Positions 49,101 to 51,207 of a DNA stretch of 51,207 nucleotides are shown here, piece after piece (the first letter of the stretch is position 1; the number at the start of each line of letters is the position of its first letter). The notes beneath the pieces were generated by a model. That model had not been told where the DNA came from. It worked only from the letters and a program-made list of their open reading frames with translations, and did no database searches. The DNA comes from Micrococcales bacterium (lineage in GTDB: Bacteria; Actinomycetota; Actinomycetes; Actinomycetales; Microbacteriaceae). Position numbers and translations under genes: made by a program. The stretch covers positions 1 to 51,207 of the forward strand of contig JBJTNB010000136.1 of the NCBI GenBank assembly GCA_046073845.1, in the 5' to 3' direction.

Positions 49101-51207
49101 CCGATGTACCCGGTTCCGGGTGGCACCTACCAGGTCGCAGCTGTTTCGAGTGCAAACCTTTCGGTCGCACTATCAATTACGACTGGCAGCGGTACCGTCT
49201 GTCGTTTCGACACAATGAACCCTGGCATGTTGCAGTTCTTGACTTCGGGTGCCTGTGTGATTCGTGCAACTCAAGCTGGTAACTCGATTTACAACAGTGA
49301 CTTTGCGCAGCAAACCATCACTGTTGGTTCGTTGAACCAGTCAATTGTTTGGCCGACCATCACCACAAAGAACTTCGGAACCCCTGCGTTCATGCTTTCA
49401 GCCTCGACCAACTCTGGTTTGCCGCTGACCTACTCGGGTGGCCCGGCAACGACCAGTGTGACCATCAATGGCGTCACCATGGATGCATGTACCGTTACCT
49501 CGGCAGGTTTGGTAACGATTAACGCTGCAGGCACTTGTGACCTGATTGCAAACCAGGCCGGCAACGCAACCTATCTGCCGGCACCTACTGTCGAGCAGAG
49601 CTTCACCATCGTCGCGGTTCAGGCCGGTGCTCCGACCGTCTTCTCGATCTCGGGTGGTATTAACTCGGTCACCGTCTCGTTCACCCAGCCTTCTTACTCG
49701 GGTGGTGCACCAATCAGCGGTTACCAGCTGATGGCCGGCGGTTCTGACGGTTCTGTGCTCACCAACTCGGCCTGTGCGATCACTGGTTCGCCGCTTTCAT
49801 GCACCTTGGATGGCCTAACCGCAGGCATTTCCTACTCGGTCAAGGTGGCCGCGATCACCAGTGCTGGCGTGGGTGTTTACTCTGCAGTTTCACCAATTAC
49901 GGTTTCACCGGTTTCGGCTCCGACCTCGGTAACCAACGTGACTGCCGCTCAGACAGCAAATGGCCTAGCCGTCAACTGGACCCAGCCGCTAGCGGTTGAC
50001 GGAACCTTTACCCAGTACGACGTTTATGTTGCTGCTCGCGGAACCACCTTTGCTGCAACTCCGACTACAACCGTCACTGACTTCAACACCACAAACGCAG
50101 TCGTTGACCCAACGGTCACCACGGCCTCTATGCGATTCGGTCGCGCAGGATTGCTATCGCGCCTCTGGAAGGGCGCTGCTGCACCTGCTGCAAACTCGTT
50201 GCCTGCCGGTTACGACGTAAAGATCGTGACGCTGTCGTCGAACTTGCCAACTGAGGTTCAAGAGAACACCACCTCAACGTCGACTTTAACTTTCACGGTT
50301 CCTGCTGCTCCTGGAGATGTAACTGCAACCGGATTCAGCGGCGATCTGTTGGTCGCTTGGACTCCGCCAGTGCTCGATGGTGGAACGCCAATCATCGACT
50401 ACACCGTTTCGATTAACAACCAAGTTGCCTGTGCTGCTGTTACTGGCACCAGCTGCGTTAAGACGGGTGTGCCTTCGACTCAGGTAAATACCATCACCGT
50501 AACTGCGCGAAACGCAATCGGAAGCTCAATAATTTCGAGCGCCACCTACGGATCGGTTCCGCCTCCTCCGATTGTCGTCACGCCGACACCAACGCCGACA
50601 CCTACGCCAACTGCGACTCCAACACCTACTCGCACGCCTACGGCCACACCGACACCAACGCGCACCCCGTCACGCACGCCGACACCGACTCCGTCTGCTA
50701 CTTCGGCTTCACCAACCGCGGCACCGACTCCAACTCCAACTGTTGCACCGACTCCGTCGGCTACGCCAACTCCAAGTTCTTCAGCGTCGGCCAGTGCGTC
50801 GGCATCGGCTTCGCCTAGCGAAAACCCGATTGCCGCACCTGCACCGACCACCATCCCACCAGTAATCGATCCGGGAATCACCATTCCTCAGATCACCCCT
50901 GGTGAACCAGTACCAAATCCAGCAATTGGAGCAACCGGAAACGACAACGCCCCACCAGCGCCGTTCGATCCGCTCTCCTCGCCGCAAGGTGTAGTTGCCT
51001 TGACCCAGACAACTGGGTCGATCGCAGCTGTTGCTGGATCGGTTGCGGCAGCTGCCGCAGCCGCAGCCGCCGGAGCCGCTGCAGCTGGTGCTGCTGCTGC
51101 TGCCGGTGGTGCTGCAGCCGCGGGAGCGTCTGCCGGAGCCGGAGCTGACAGGGGCAATGCCGCCGGCGGCTTGGGCGGTTCCGCTGGCCGAGGTGGCGGG
51201 TCAACTG
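22149..51207 (+). CDS. Giant Sec-exported surface protein/adhesin, at least 9,686 aa, 3' end outside the window
   Basis: AAGGAGGT RBS, then ATG and a signal peptide (basic N region, hydrophobic core, ARA-AA). Every segment translated by hand in this frame gives coherent domains. All + strand ORFs the track lists after 22149 are in the other two frames, as expected if this frame never meets a stop. Confidence 0.95.
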   Translation, partial: MNAAMRLIRTLQKSNRFRVGAILAIALVALITFWQPAPPARAAAPTAGLATYIWHNSNNTDTTMYFDGQANKDTWFEDKGLGTYNMSMTTTDIGNTWSASQYYNTNNTSKTYNQTDQASLEYYSALFLGYIKPTATTNNLYLRTCSDDASLLFFGTYAATGNSHSYANATANNGSTHGNVCVATGNLGTIYAGTYYPLRVEFGEYGGGDVEYVQYSTDNVNWSVLPTTWIFNQGTQVTYDTTAPSQPAAPTLTSASDTGISSTDGITAATPVLTGTVEANSTVYVYSNTTNSNSGGTYLGSAVASGTTFTYTLPAATTAGTYYYIIQNDSMFYASPASTTKFVQANNLIISTSGGGAMSGVALARQPRITTTDGGTPTVTLASSLGTVTNNTATAGTAFSNATITYTSGTLAGATLTYSATNYNNVTETLSAIPGALQVLTSQATDASGSWINNTWYTTNSATSYINPTQLAAQLNTASTTLMTTTNFYMANDVTATTAGNGIKIAAAGYVAMDGKLTLNNGTITVLSNTDGLTGANGGPIVITAATAGFASGGGNIILAGGDWNVTTGYAVGYNKAIGGVGGLGGSVVIDDAGVYIAGVVNSGGGTITINGQEGNGTADSAGVYVVNNGLVQGAGGNVTLKGYIASDLTDTGASHRAVRIGAAGATPVPTVSSTGSGTVSITAITSVASNANQQAILFEGASVTSVNGDITISAQPASGVNGFNFATANSSITTTGLGAVNLTSTSTTGDDFSKVTVNSNKAFTITSDKPTFGASSSFTSGGLMTLQSNSASFGAAVTFPNSATVAANGGLTIGKSGNTASLTIGGAVAVSGNMTTYAGATTVNASSAISTSANGNITINAATGYAITASSTITAAGTLTILGDGVTLNNAVSAGGTISIVAGPTANKDLAIANVTDTLSGAAVTLKATRHITTSAATNFTTNNGNLILWSDSDNNSTGAIVIYSGSNLSTDNGVKTTATTGGGQIVLGGGADANTDGIPDGSAYAADATVSDCGIESGRGGSNTSITGYYSGGGNISIKGASGGTAGDGMCFDYGTTMYANAGTINVTGASTNGLGLQLSRNPAGTATSNFYSSSTSTPAITMTGTSTTSWGFLSAFARSTANAVYLQSTATTGGGITLNGTGAAATYANQTGYGDINFNSTNLLSAAGPIVLNSNATNVNYGGITVGGNRNDSAANASYSNSNIGSCAVGTCGASQVTSSTANFTANTDIWYGLINTTTAGTPSVFNTSGSVSFIPKATTGFKFFVTASMQMNATVGALTIGKSQTTDTFNITLDSAWNIAGPLRVYANQISANQNQTVTGSGNEMRFKANYSVIEANSTTMQTNGGNIVFWANADKVSGTAGNGGYIQLGSTSTLRSQGGGIYLGGGLDDGGTDSGIPNMNGWSSMASGDGLPDGYANGANIASGDPGITLNAGYQILSAGGDVFLAGQDATTNPNGANTAQSGEIVSYSGLIDSGTGRIGAWGKASSTSTGVWYYGIFLHGGTGYNNGTLGALQDTGTTWTSANTTGKAITIYGDSSANTSLYALGVTAGGYSTLGAQWGYNSTHLIATGAKVNGDANNPGGGISVTGISGNNSSSQGEGIRWQWADALAKDGPISFSGYSSDAAGQYQSAGINFGENNAVSNTRFGAMSTINDSTAKTYTNAAGAVTDFATSSSNITITGTKFEFFEFGSAAVNSGNYFNTSGNITLQSWGTTFSSSQNPTHWQFNRINILGTPKNVTIGKSTDTSYYNWNTNISASGAIQFTGSTIWFNTNLNLTTTLASSGNASTPNIGFALRTTDKQQFATGTSVQTSGADIVMWSDYDNNGAGAQYYDASNGFRSQGGNIVFGGGPDDGGTANPEITGHVAGDNEPDGYAAGYSGWGANAGVDLLSQYQIISAGGNISIAGRGSSTTGDSDYGVLLRGGLIYSAAGKIAIYGKSPTTCDGASVWHRGIGLGWHGDDSYSDNIVSTSSATDAITLSGDMANCNVGSYTSAIEDYYAAGTNIATPNGGGIKLYGTQGSAAGNTNTWGSATNQESDILELNYVNLLSNSGPITVQAVWSGTHGNHAIRSNARGSGQTIYYGSSAAAIATGYTAYSSINITSSTSDLTFTGDSVVLWSANLKANGNLTIQPQSANFDRAQSFASGWGVTASSTYKNVLIGKAGTSGATQNSAVFDVEKISATGDIALYGSSVTLKGGLTTSEASGNGILVKATQDIISNDGTSATHTPITITGAASTAPIYLLSNSDASGTGAIKIGNYTDITSTGGPISLGGATAATDTTPTTYASNNSSTYPCGVELGTSALNSTNITMTSNGGDITVRGSSTLSGGAYIGIKQWGGLTANSGTGAITFSGYENGASSGSAHAMEFNYGSTSTSSITSGKTSGTAINLTGTVGAGSSSTNARGVVFWSGATNINATGGGNVSITGSAASGTTSSITLNSVSIAAAGGAINLNGGSKQITVGDNAVAQTNTFGGSASNSMSGNITFQADSISFPTYTTTFQNTPAVYLISNANSFSSAITLGTGMVTSNIGYLQVGSSTNTADVTVNGANSVGGNIDITGGAVSIGGAQTATAGGNITVKGTGVTTTAALSAAGDILVAASAGSDSIGGNVTTSETSGNGVQIKASQDVFITGGASATRRTISVTGASSTAPIYIWSNTDASGTGAIAVDNYTDFTSVAGPIIMGGSAASSDTTPTTYAIGSATYASGVRLGSAATVTDEVKVTSTSGAVTIRGQVNNVIGAGVWVYAGVNVNAGTGAVTISGYGTASSTSGSHGVYLQNAGASGINSAITSAATTGTAISITGFINGGTSTNSNGVTSWTASGGCLETISATGGGDIVITGTGAASTTDWIQMNYTNIYAAGGNITLDSGTGNDGFNGNTGVATVIIGGTSSTSLAGNIRITGDSTSWAAGGSTTFQNAGGLYLQPKSASFSSAQTFGSTITMTNLGYLAYGKLNNAAAITTSVAPSIKGNIDIWGAAVTVSGNHTTTNSGNITVTGSGAYTGAGTLTAAGNVSVTGTTFGGTGAITASGATGVTIVASTGAATIGANLTANTATNASVNVTASGAITGAGNISAVYYAQFSGYSYGITGTVTTTSGPGGISILASAGDATVGGNLTTQISGSAPILVRASANVIVSASKILSTNGGGVVLWSRYAATEGGSTAGAITMNNSSQITTNGGQIRLAGSAQTDGSGLPNGHAYTATAAAGAVALGTSATAVDTNVILNSSGGNIAIYGQQVGAANASWGIIIWGGTTINSGTGTITMDGMSNSATGNGIDIENTTLVKILSAATSGTAISINGTSTGTPSAGGARAIGEWGSLLTINASGGGALSITGSQTNANATNPGAISLAGGDILSASGALTINGGAKGVALVANTVNLGGNSTNASSANITVTGDVQTLTATINVKTTGNIVFESSGTAFTSSFSSSSLSITAGAASLGIGKSTNNQPVTVSAGTISVAGPVTVYGSSITQAATISTTNSGDITMVGTGAYSGAGTLNASNGVAITASTFSGTGALTSAGMNGVSVTTTGGDLTVAAAINVNTTVTAPLQLKSSASVIVNASQALTTAGGPAIFWSRSNVATYNDTTTIGFVTFNNGSSVATNGGKIIVAGTSVVDTNGYPRGYTFANAAGNGPASGVAFGTTTGTPVSLNSSVASGGGDIRVYGSAGSSGGWGILSNSSASNPTTISSGNGRIDILAQGYGSDNAFEGWDGGLTVTSNAPADAVNNVAAVKFVAYVTNSASSMNPIQTSAGNYKFIATGGGDIDFTATSANSAVYAFDLTKNFQWLASSGQIRINTGVNGMNMASGSVAANNNAIGALAGSAVTSSSASVVVTGDRFANGLTSAMNVKTSGTVAIQPSSQSFSSAQTFDGTWSLVGITGTNGGYIGGLTLGKPGTGGSTQNSADITVSNAVNAAGPINVYAGNAYINANLNSTVSTGGLTVKATADIVTIAGTSATPIALTTTNAAMTFWSDADNNKTGRIGIGNFNNLTTGGGALTLAGGLDDGSSSIEAGRTAADGQPDGFAWANGTTTYDTTIRGVTLGVVDTITTGGGNVFIAGHSKDAANLAGGHGVTVYAGASINSGTGKIHMYGVNNATGGAFNSGLELQGVYTSDQTKNVKIISSNAAIDAIVISGDASASAGQPSSGISMISWFNLTGGGPRNVIANTSSGGITLTGRSGGTPNSVASDLIGDGIEINGAAILAKSGKITLNGDTAAATNTTVPAYGVSFNHTTYTSAGVTYANASYVGSQPSTTINAVDMSTTSGNIEINADSVLVNNATYASTFSTSGTLTVQPASNAIAMQSFDRAIDLTGMTVGASVTGLTVGQSGTGGVVSASTQNNVDITMPAAGIAGFISAYGKNITVSADLTTTAASALLLKATGDVMVSGGTSGTARRVQTSGGAITFWADADNSGAGAINVSDYSSINSEGGATALTTAGGQITLAGGADTNSDGVPDGYATGNATGNVNGVILGTIGMVTGSINVYSGTSGIAIRGKSAYGRGTYITPSSNLQAGGAVWLEGQGTGTGGPYWHALAIFDAGGVTGSGSIVSAKANGTAITLIGNNTNGTSGQSPYGVVINPNGGASYIAMIKATGGGDISISGTSASAAGVNGVFIGSTDLLAANGNISIDGGATGTNIAASTSIGYKTGGAITADTGNITFTGDSFLSTATSPIKTSGVVTFKPTTNTNTINVSASGSDSAGVLDLNSTDLGYITAGTLRLGASGGSNSGNITVATALSPSTYSTLALRTSGAVSASGAITVTNLGVAAGGNITLNAQNNTTTLALTSSAATPTVTYTEATGGTYTPGTVDSISAMFGVASQYAVTNQPTTGYMNTVFNPAPVVTVKDAYGVTISAQNTVTNTVAATTSSAGFTLGGTTSITQVGGVFTFSALKVTAGTGSLVVNFNVASIASQTSVNSATITVQAGDPDHLTVTQNAAGGKAGVAFTTQPWVEIRSLGDTVVTANGTTLDVTASLTGGTGTLLGTTTVAAVAGVAKFTNLAIGGLTSGSYTITFTATYSTNPAMTVAQSAITIGYGTADHLTLTTSAAGFASRANFTTQPVVTVVDSYGNTVANYATAVTVAITGGSTLTGTASATPSSGVATFSGLGSYGSVANTNTLTYSSGALTTATQTFSNTPGAAYQLAKTTLAAGATNGSAFSTQPVITIQDQDGNTVTSGSQSTQNVVISTSVGTLGGTVTKAAVAGVATFTDVSLTGNAGAVTLTYTITSPSSITATQSITIVAGAPTQLIVTTAPQNCPSRGTCLTQPVIKIADASGNATTSTATVSATVSSGTGTVWAGGSVAAVGGTATFTAFSIQGTAASNWAIQFAIASPSLSVIASNINVTTGTVTKVLLTTPAAGFVNGVAFTTQPVAKVTDADNNVPNMGGGAMTITVGAGVGGGTAALSGTTSKPVTQGVADFAGAGVTLTGTADTYTLTYSFGAYTVATQTVTLTPGAATKVVVTTGVAGFVNRTNFTTQPVVKIQDASGNTVTSSTATVTVSISSGTLTGTTSLAAVAGVADWTTAGTALGKYGLVGSKTLTFASTGLTSDATQVFQLSFGATNKLAITTGVASGSVVNDANFGSQPVITIQDIDGNTITSGSDATQNVTVALTGGGTLSGTATVAAVSGVATFSGLKYVGTSGSSRTLTYSIASPAASVPETITPTYGAADHLAVTTQAAGAVNATAFTTQPAITIQDVSNNTVANSSMVITAAVTGSTLGGTVTATASTGVATFSNLKLTGASGTYTIVFTGTAVTQTSQSISVTAGVATQLTVTASSTMPNDQVLTVQPVVTIKDASGNVVDTSNATVTLTATGATIGGTVSMAAVNGVADFAGKGVKLTGTTGAKTLTATITSPSTITANTTVTLTYGTATKLAVSAATVSATNRAVFASQPTITVQDVSGNTVANATDSITASVTSANSADVTLGGTVTNSATAGSFAYTNLKLSGKAATYTITYAATGLSSVTQTATLVAGSASQLNLATAAAGAVDGVAFTTQPSVQLLDADGNLTTSTATVAVSVSTGAASGSATLATTTSLAATAGTVTFSGLKLTGTLDTYTLTYASSGLTSLTQTIQVTIGAASKLALTTQVLGFVNRANFTTQPVVTVQDVGGNTVTASTAPIAVSIDSGTLTGTTTVNASAGIADWSTAATALGKTGVIGSKTLTFSSSGLTSVTQGFTLVNGAATQLQVTQSATPSGGLYYPAGPATNVTKTTVTNGGWTLCYQDTYANYSAPSLTSVFANCTGTYMMYASGLVASSNFDVVGAAPRTSVMRNLDADTTFTNKTTANGIDWYYYTNRSIGFAKQGDAFTLNWPDVNGTGAATKLSWGTIGGTLATGYRSGTYTGYDATYGRYIYTSNTAPAGSGTVTNGVAFTSQPKVTLKDADGNVVTTGTDATANVTASMTSGLSGTVTVAAVAGVASFTDLTYTGSVGAKTLTFTLASTSTTTTDTFTVAAGAASKLVVTQQAAGAVNGVNFTTQPIVTVQDQSGNTITDSTASITATVSGATLGGTATVAAVSGVATFAGLKLTGTVGSYTINFASTGLTGDSQTISVTFGSASKVVVTTAVVGYVNRTNFTTQPVAKIEDASGNVVTSSNATITVSINSGTLTGTTSLTSVAGVADWTTAATALGKYGLVGSKTLTFASTGLTSDTSQVFDLTHGAAYQLSNGTKVSAGTAVNNANFSVQPIVTIQDRDGNTVTSGGESTQNVSLTVNNGSISGTTSVAAVAGVATFSGLKYVGLIGSKTFTYAITSPSAISTPDTVTITYGAADHLAVTTPAAGAVNGVAFSTQPVVTVLDISGNAVANSTVSITASASGATFGGTKTMNAVAGVANFSGKGLSLTGAVGSYTLTFASTDLTSASQSISVAVGAATQVVLTASSTIANDQALTVQPVATIKDASGNVVTTSNVTVQLTATGATLSGTTTMSASSGVADFAGMGVTLTGTVGAKTLTARITSPSVISGSTTVTLTFGTATKLAISSASVNAVNRVNFSPQPTVTVQDVSGNTVSDSTDYIGARLASPNNWGNANLNGINTGNAVNGVLAFTDLNLNGLADTYTVQFTSGNLTPVDLTVNLVAGAVDHLGLVVSANARSAEVIASQPVVTLYDADNNVTSSTALVTISAADSTITGTTQMNAVAGVADFTGNGITLTGLVGDKAMTASVTISGTTITSPAQNISLAYGVATQIQLTRAAAGFRDRFLFTTQPMLETQDSAGNRVFDNTAAIHVTVSGAGILGGLVDTYSAGGYNDWSGVGPAQQLSLRGPVGDYTITYSSPGLTSATQLATLTFGNANKLLLHTPAAGFQAGIEFATQPVLYIVDAEDNLVTTDGESILHVAATSADGTLSGTTVVQASGGIATFTNLKLSNTAGSYNLTYSVSAAGIEAGYDALTVSQTAVLTAGTPVKLSLFQQLSSGAATGSAFSTQPKIAVLDAFDNIVLTDTGRTITASYSGANGGTLSGSPNLTATTSSGIATFSGLKFVGIPGTTYALHFAVASNTLTAIDSNNFTVTHAAASQIVITQQPVGGNAVRSALTTQPVVEIRDSYGNLVTTGADSAATVTINIHNDFNAGRGDLSSGTMAVDAVGGVATFSGVVLSDAAVNHNYNFDFSATLNGSSVTSEASNNIQVVHAAADHIALVTQAAGGRAGVAFTTQPVVQIQDVENNVVTDGPYSNADVVVAVPHTGTLTGTTTVTAINGVATFSAVGMYGPTGAYTLVYQSNTFQPLTQNFTLGYGLPDHLGISTQPIGGNATGTALATQPVIQVYDAWDNPVANATNSITATIASGDGNATISAGGTKAAVGGVATFTNLALIATPGANYTISFDATGLTGVTSTAISVTHAPATQLHIITQPLGGNMTGETLARQPVLELLDQYGNRVTSDSTSGVTASIATGTGGTLQNVVATAVNGVLTFSNLKLVGVPGTSYTFNFTLGGLPVVASSTVSVTNNIATQIVISRNAAGARAGLAFTTQPQITIQDAYGNTTTVGDGAGANVTATVSAGGVILGQATVAASQGVATFTDLGIGGAVGNYTITYTVTSPAAMTANESVAVTYGLATHLGLSTQPVAAKTGDNLPTQPVVQVLDAYNNVVANSAVNVTATISAPGAGDSLTGAVAQANSGVATFTALNIVTLPGTKSLTFVANGLASIQSNDLTFAHADSSQLSISTQPVGGNATGTGLTTQPVVRILDRYGNLATASTAAVTISIASGSNGSLASGTTTVNAVGGVATFSGVKLVGTPHADYTFTFASTGLSSATSNAIQVVHNAAAALTIETQPAAGATALVMPTQPVIAVRDSYGNLMDDDNSIAVTVAISSGTGGTLTGTTTVTEVNGIVTFTNLALTGTPGVDYKLTFTADSLTSTTSSNIRVVAGAATHLGMVTQPVGAVTGKVLGTQPAIALLDYFGNVVLSDSSTVVSVSIATGSAGTLAGPQTATAVNGVATFAGLKLTGTPMADYTLSFTSGSLAATTSAALHVTHDATAQLVWATQPVGSATGYDLPTQPVLRLLDQYGNLATADNSTVVTATVASGVNGSLSQATATANGGVVTFQWLNLVGTPGVSYTLGMSAVTSTSTTILAQNSDAITLTHAAPYRLVVVSQPVGAISGDTLGSTSRPVLQVRDRFGNLATSDNATSVTVAVCAPATCAGSSAGGSVAGTTTVTAVNGIVTFDAIQVSGVPGSPYQLRFTSSGLINATAAALRLSKVADIAVDYPVTSWANGQLVTPITTTDSPGVVSYATVGDMSAICSVNAATGVATVIGVGVCDIRASVAGTTYYVTNTVDTTLQIDKAIQPTLRITSPITTSYLQPITLTVSGGAPTSTEPSALTFWVSGACQLVGTTLVPGDAGTTCRVMALRDETTHYQAAVSSTVSITTTKIAQAALSLVNPSTMQVGTLDLVSVGGSGTGAVTYSVVSAGTAACTVTGARLTATTSGSCSVKVSKAASTNYTAATSATMTITVNKLAQIVNFTSAIPMYPVPGGTYQVAAVSSANLSVALSITTGSGTVCRFDTMNPGMLQFLTSGACVIRATQAGNSIYNSDFAQQTITVGSLNQSIVWPTITTKNFGTPAFMLSASTNSGLPLTYSGGPATTSVTINGVTMDACTVTSAGLVTINAAGTCDLIANQAGNATYLPAPTVEQSFTIVAVQAGAPTVFSISGGINSVTVSFTQPSYSGGAPISGYQLMAGGSDGSVLTNSACAITGSPLSCTLDGLTAGISYSVKVAAITSAGVGVYSAVSPITVSPVSAPTSVTNVTAAQTANGLAVNWTQPLAVDGTFTQYDVYVAARGTTFAATPTTTVTDFNTTNAVVDPTVTTASMRFGRAGLLSRLWKGAAAPAANSLPAGYDVKIVTLSSNLPTEVQENTTSTSTLTFTVPAAPGDVTATGFSGDLLVAWTPPVLDGGTPIIDYTVSINNQVACAAVTGTSCVKTGVPSTQVNTITVTARNAIGSSIISSATYGSVPPPPIVVTPTPTPTPTPTATPTPTRTPTATPTPTRTPSRTPTPTPSATSASPTAAPTPTPTVAPTPSATPTPSSSASASASASASPSENPIAAPAPTTIPPVIDPGITIPQITPGEPVPNPAIGATGNDNAPPAPFDPLSSPQGVVALTQTTGSIAAVAGSVAAAAAAAAAGAAAAGAAAAAGGAAAAGASAGAGADRGNAAGGLGGSAGRGGGST
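22290..22850 (+). other. PA14/GLEYA-like lectin domain of the giant protein
   Basis: YSALFLGYIKP, TCSDDAS, NNGSTHG and GTYYPLRVEFGEYGGGD. Confidence 0.8.
23460..36640 (+). repeat. Filamentous-haemagglutinin-like beta-helical region made of ten super-repeats
   Basis: Dense GGNI.I.G / G.ITLNG turns; recurring anchor I(V/L)(F/L)WS(D/N).D at about 1.2-1.5 kb spacing. Confidence 0.8.
36640..48295 (+). repeat. About 35 tandem ~105 aa Ig-like repeats
   Basis: Recurring G.A..L...T...G......F.TQPVV.I.D..GN.V ... GVA.F..L...G..G.Y.LT(F/Y), period about 315 nt. Confidence 0.9.
48300..49615 (+). repeat. Five small Cys-paired Ig-like domains
   Basis: C.V......G.C.I.A...G...Y..A pattern, e.g. ACTVTSAGLVTINAAGTCDLIANQAGNATYLPA. 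Confidence 0.75.
49620..50550 (+). other. Three fibronectin type III-like domains
   Basis: VSFTQPSYSGGAPISGY..GLTAGISYSVKVAA; VNWTQP...YDV; VAWTPPVLDGGTPIIDYTV...VTARNAIG. Confidence 0.85.
50556..50960 (+). repeat. Pro/Thr/Ser-rich linker
   Basis: PPPP, (TP)n, SASASASAS, then a Pro-rich segment. Confidence 0.9.

Noticed and set aside
51069-51092. Exact AGAAAAGA octapeptide as in the prion protein hydrophobic core, with GGLGG nearby
   Set aside because: It is readily generated by chance within an Ala/Gly low-complexity tract; there is no other similarity.
22149-51207. Dozens of 60-210 aa ORFs listed by the track in this interval
   Set aside because: They are alternate-frame or antisense shadows of the giant frame-3 ORF and show no recognisable motifs.

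Overview
Chromosomal segment of a moderately GC-rich actinobacterium; protein sequences and gene order suggest Microbacteriaceae, probably a streamlined freshwater Rhodoluna/Aquiluna-like lineage (inference). Bases 1-21.9 kb hold the conserved tRNA-Thr/tRNA-Met, hadAB-like, murB, aspC, tRNA-Trp, secE-nusG-rplK-rplA block, then about 14 kb of accessory or metabolic genes: a PLP decarboxylase, a two-component pair, a TPR-like protein, a PfkB kinase, a HAD phosphatase, a glutaredoxin, a DEAD-box helicase with long disordered tails, a Phd/RelE-type toxin-antitoxin pair and a secreted GH13 amylase. These are followed by rplJ-rplL with the L10 leader. The dominant feature is missing from the supplied ORF track because it has no stop codon in the window: one + strand reading frame from ATG 22149 to beyond 51207 (at least 9,686 codons) encoding a giant Sec-exported surface protein. 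Its layout is signal peptide, PA14/GLEYA-like lectin, Ig domain, ten ~400-500 aa beta-helical super-repeats, ~35 Ig-like repeats (one with a foreign ~169 aa domain inserted), five Cys-paired Ig domains, three FN3 domains, a Pro/Thr linker and an Ala/Gly tract. A compact structured 5' leader precedes it and can occlude its RBS. Other points of note: a structured leader on the DEAD-box gene, a RecA-NDp/PafBC-like promoter on the TPR gene, a YefM-style operator on the TA pair, many leaderless genes, and a probable chimeric junction in the first ~150 nt. No CRISPR array, rRNA, transposase or integrase was seen.
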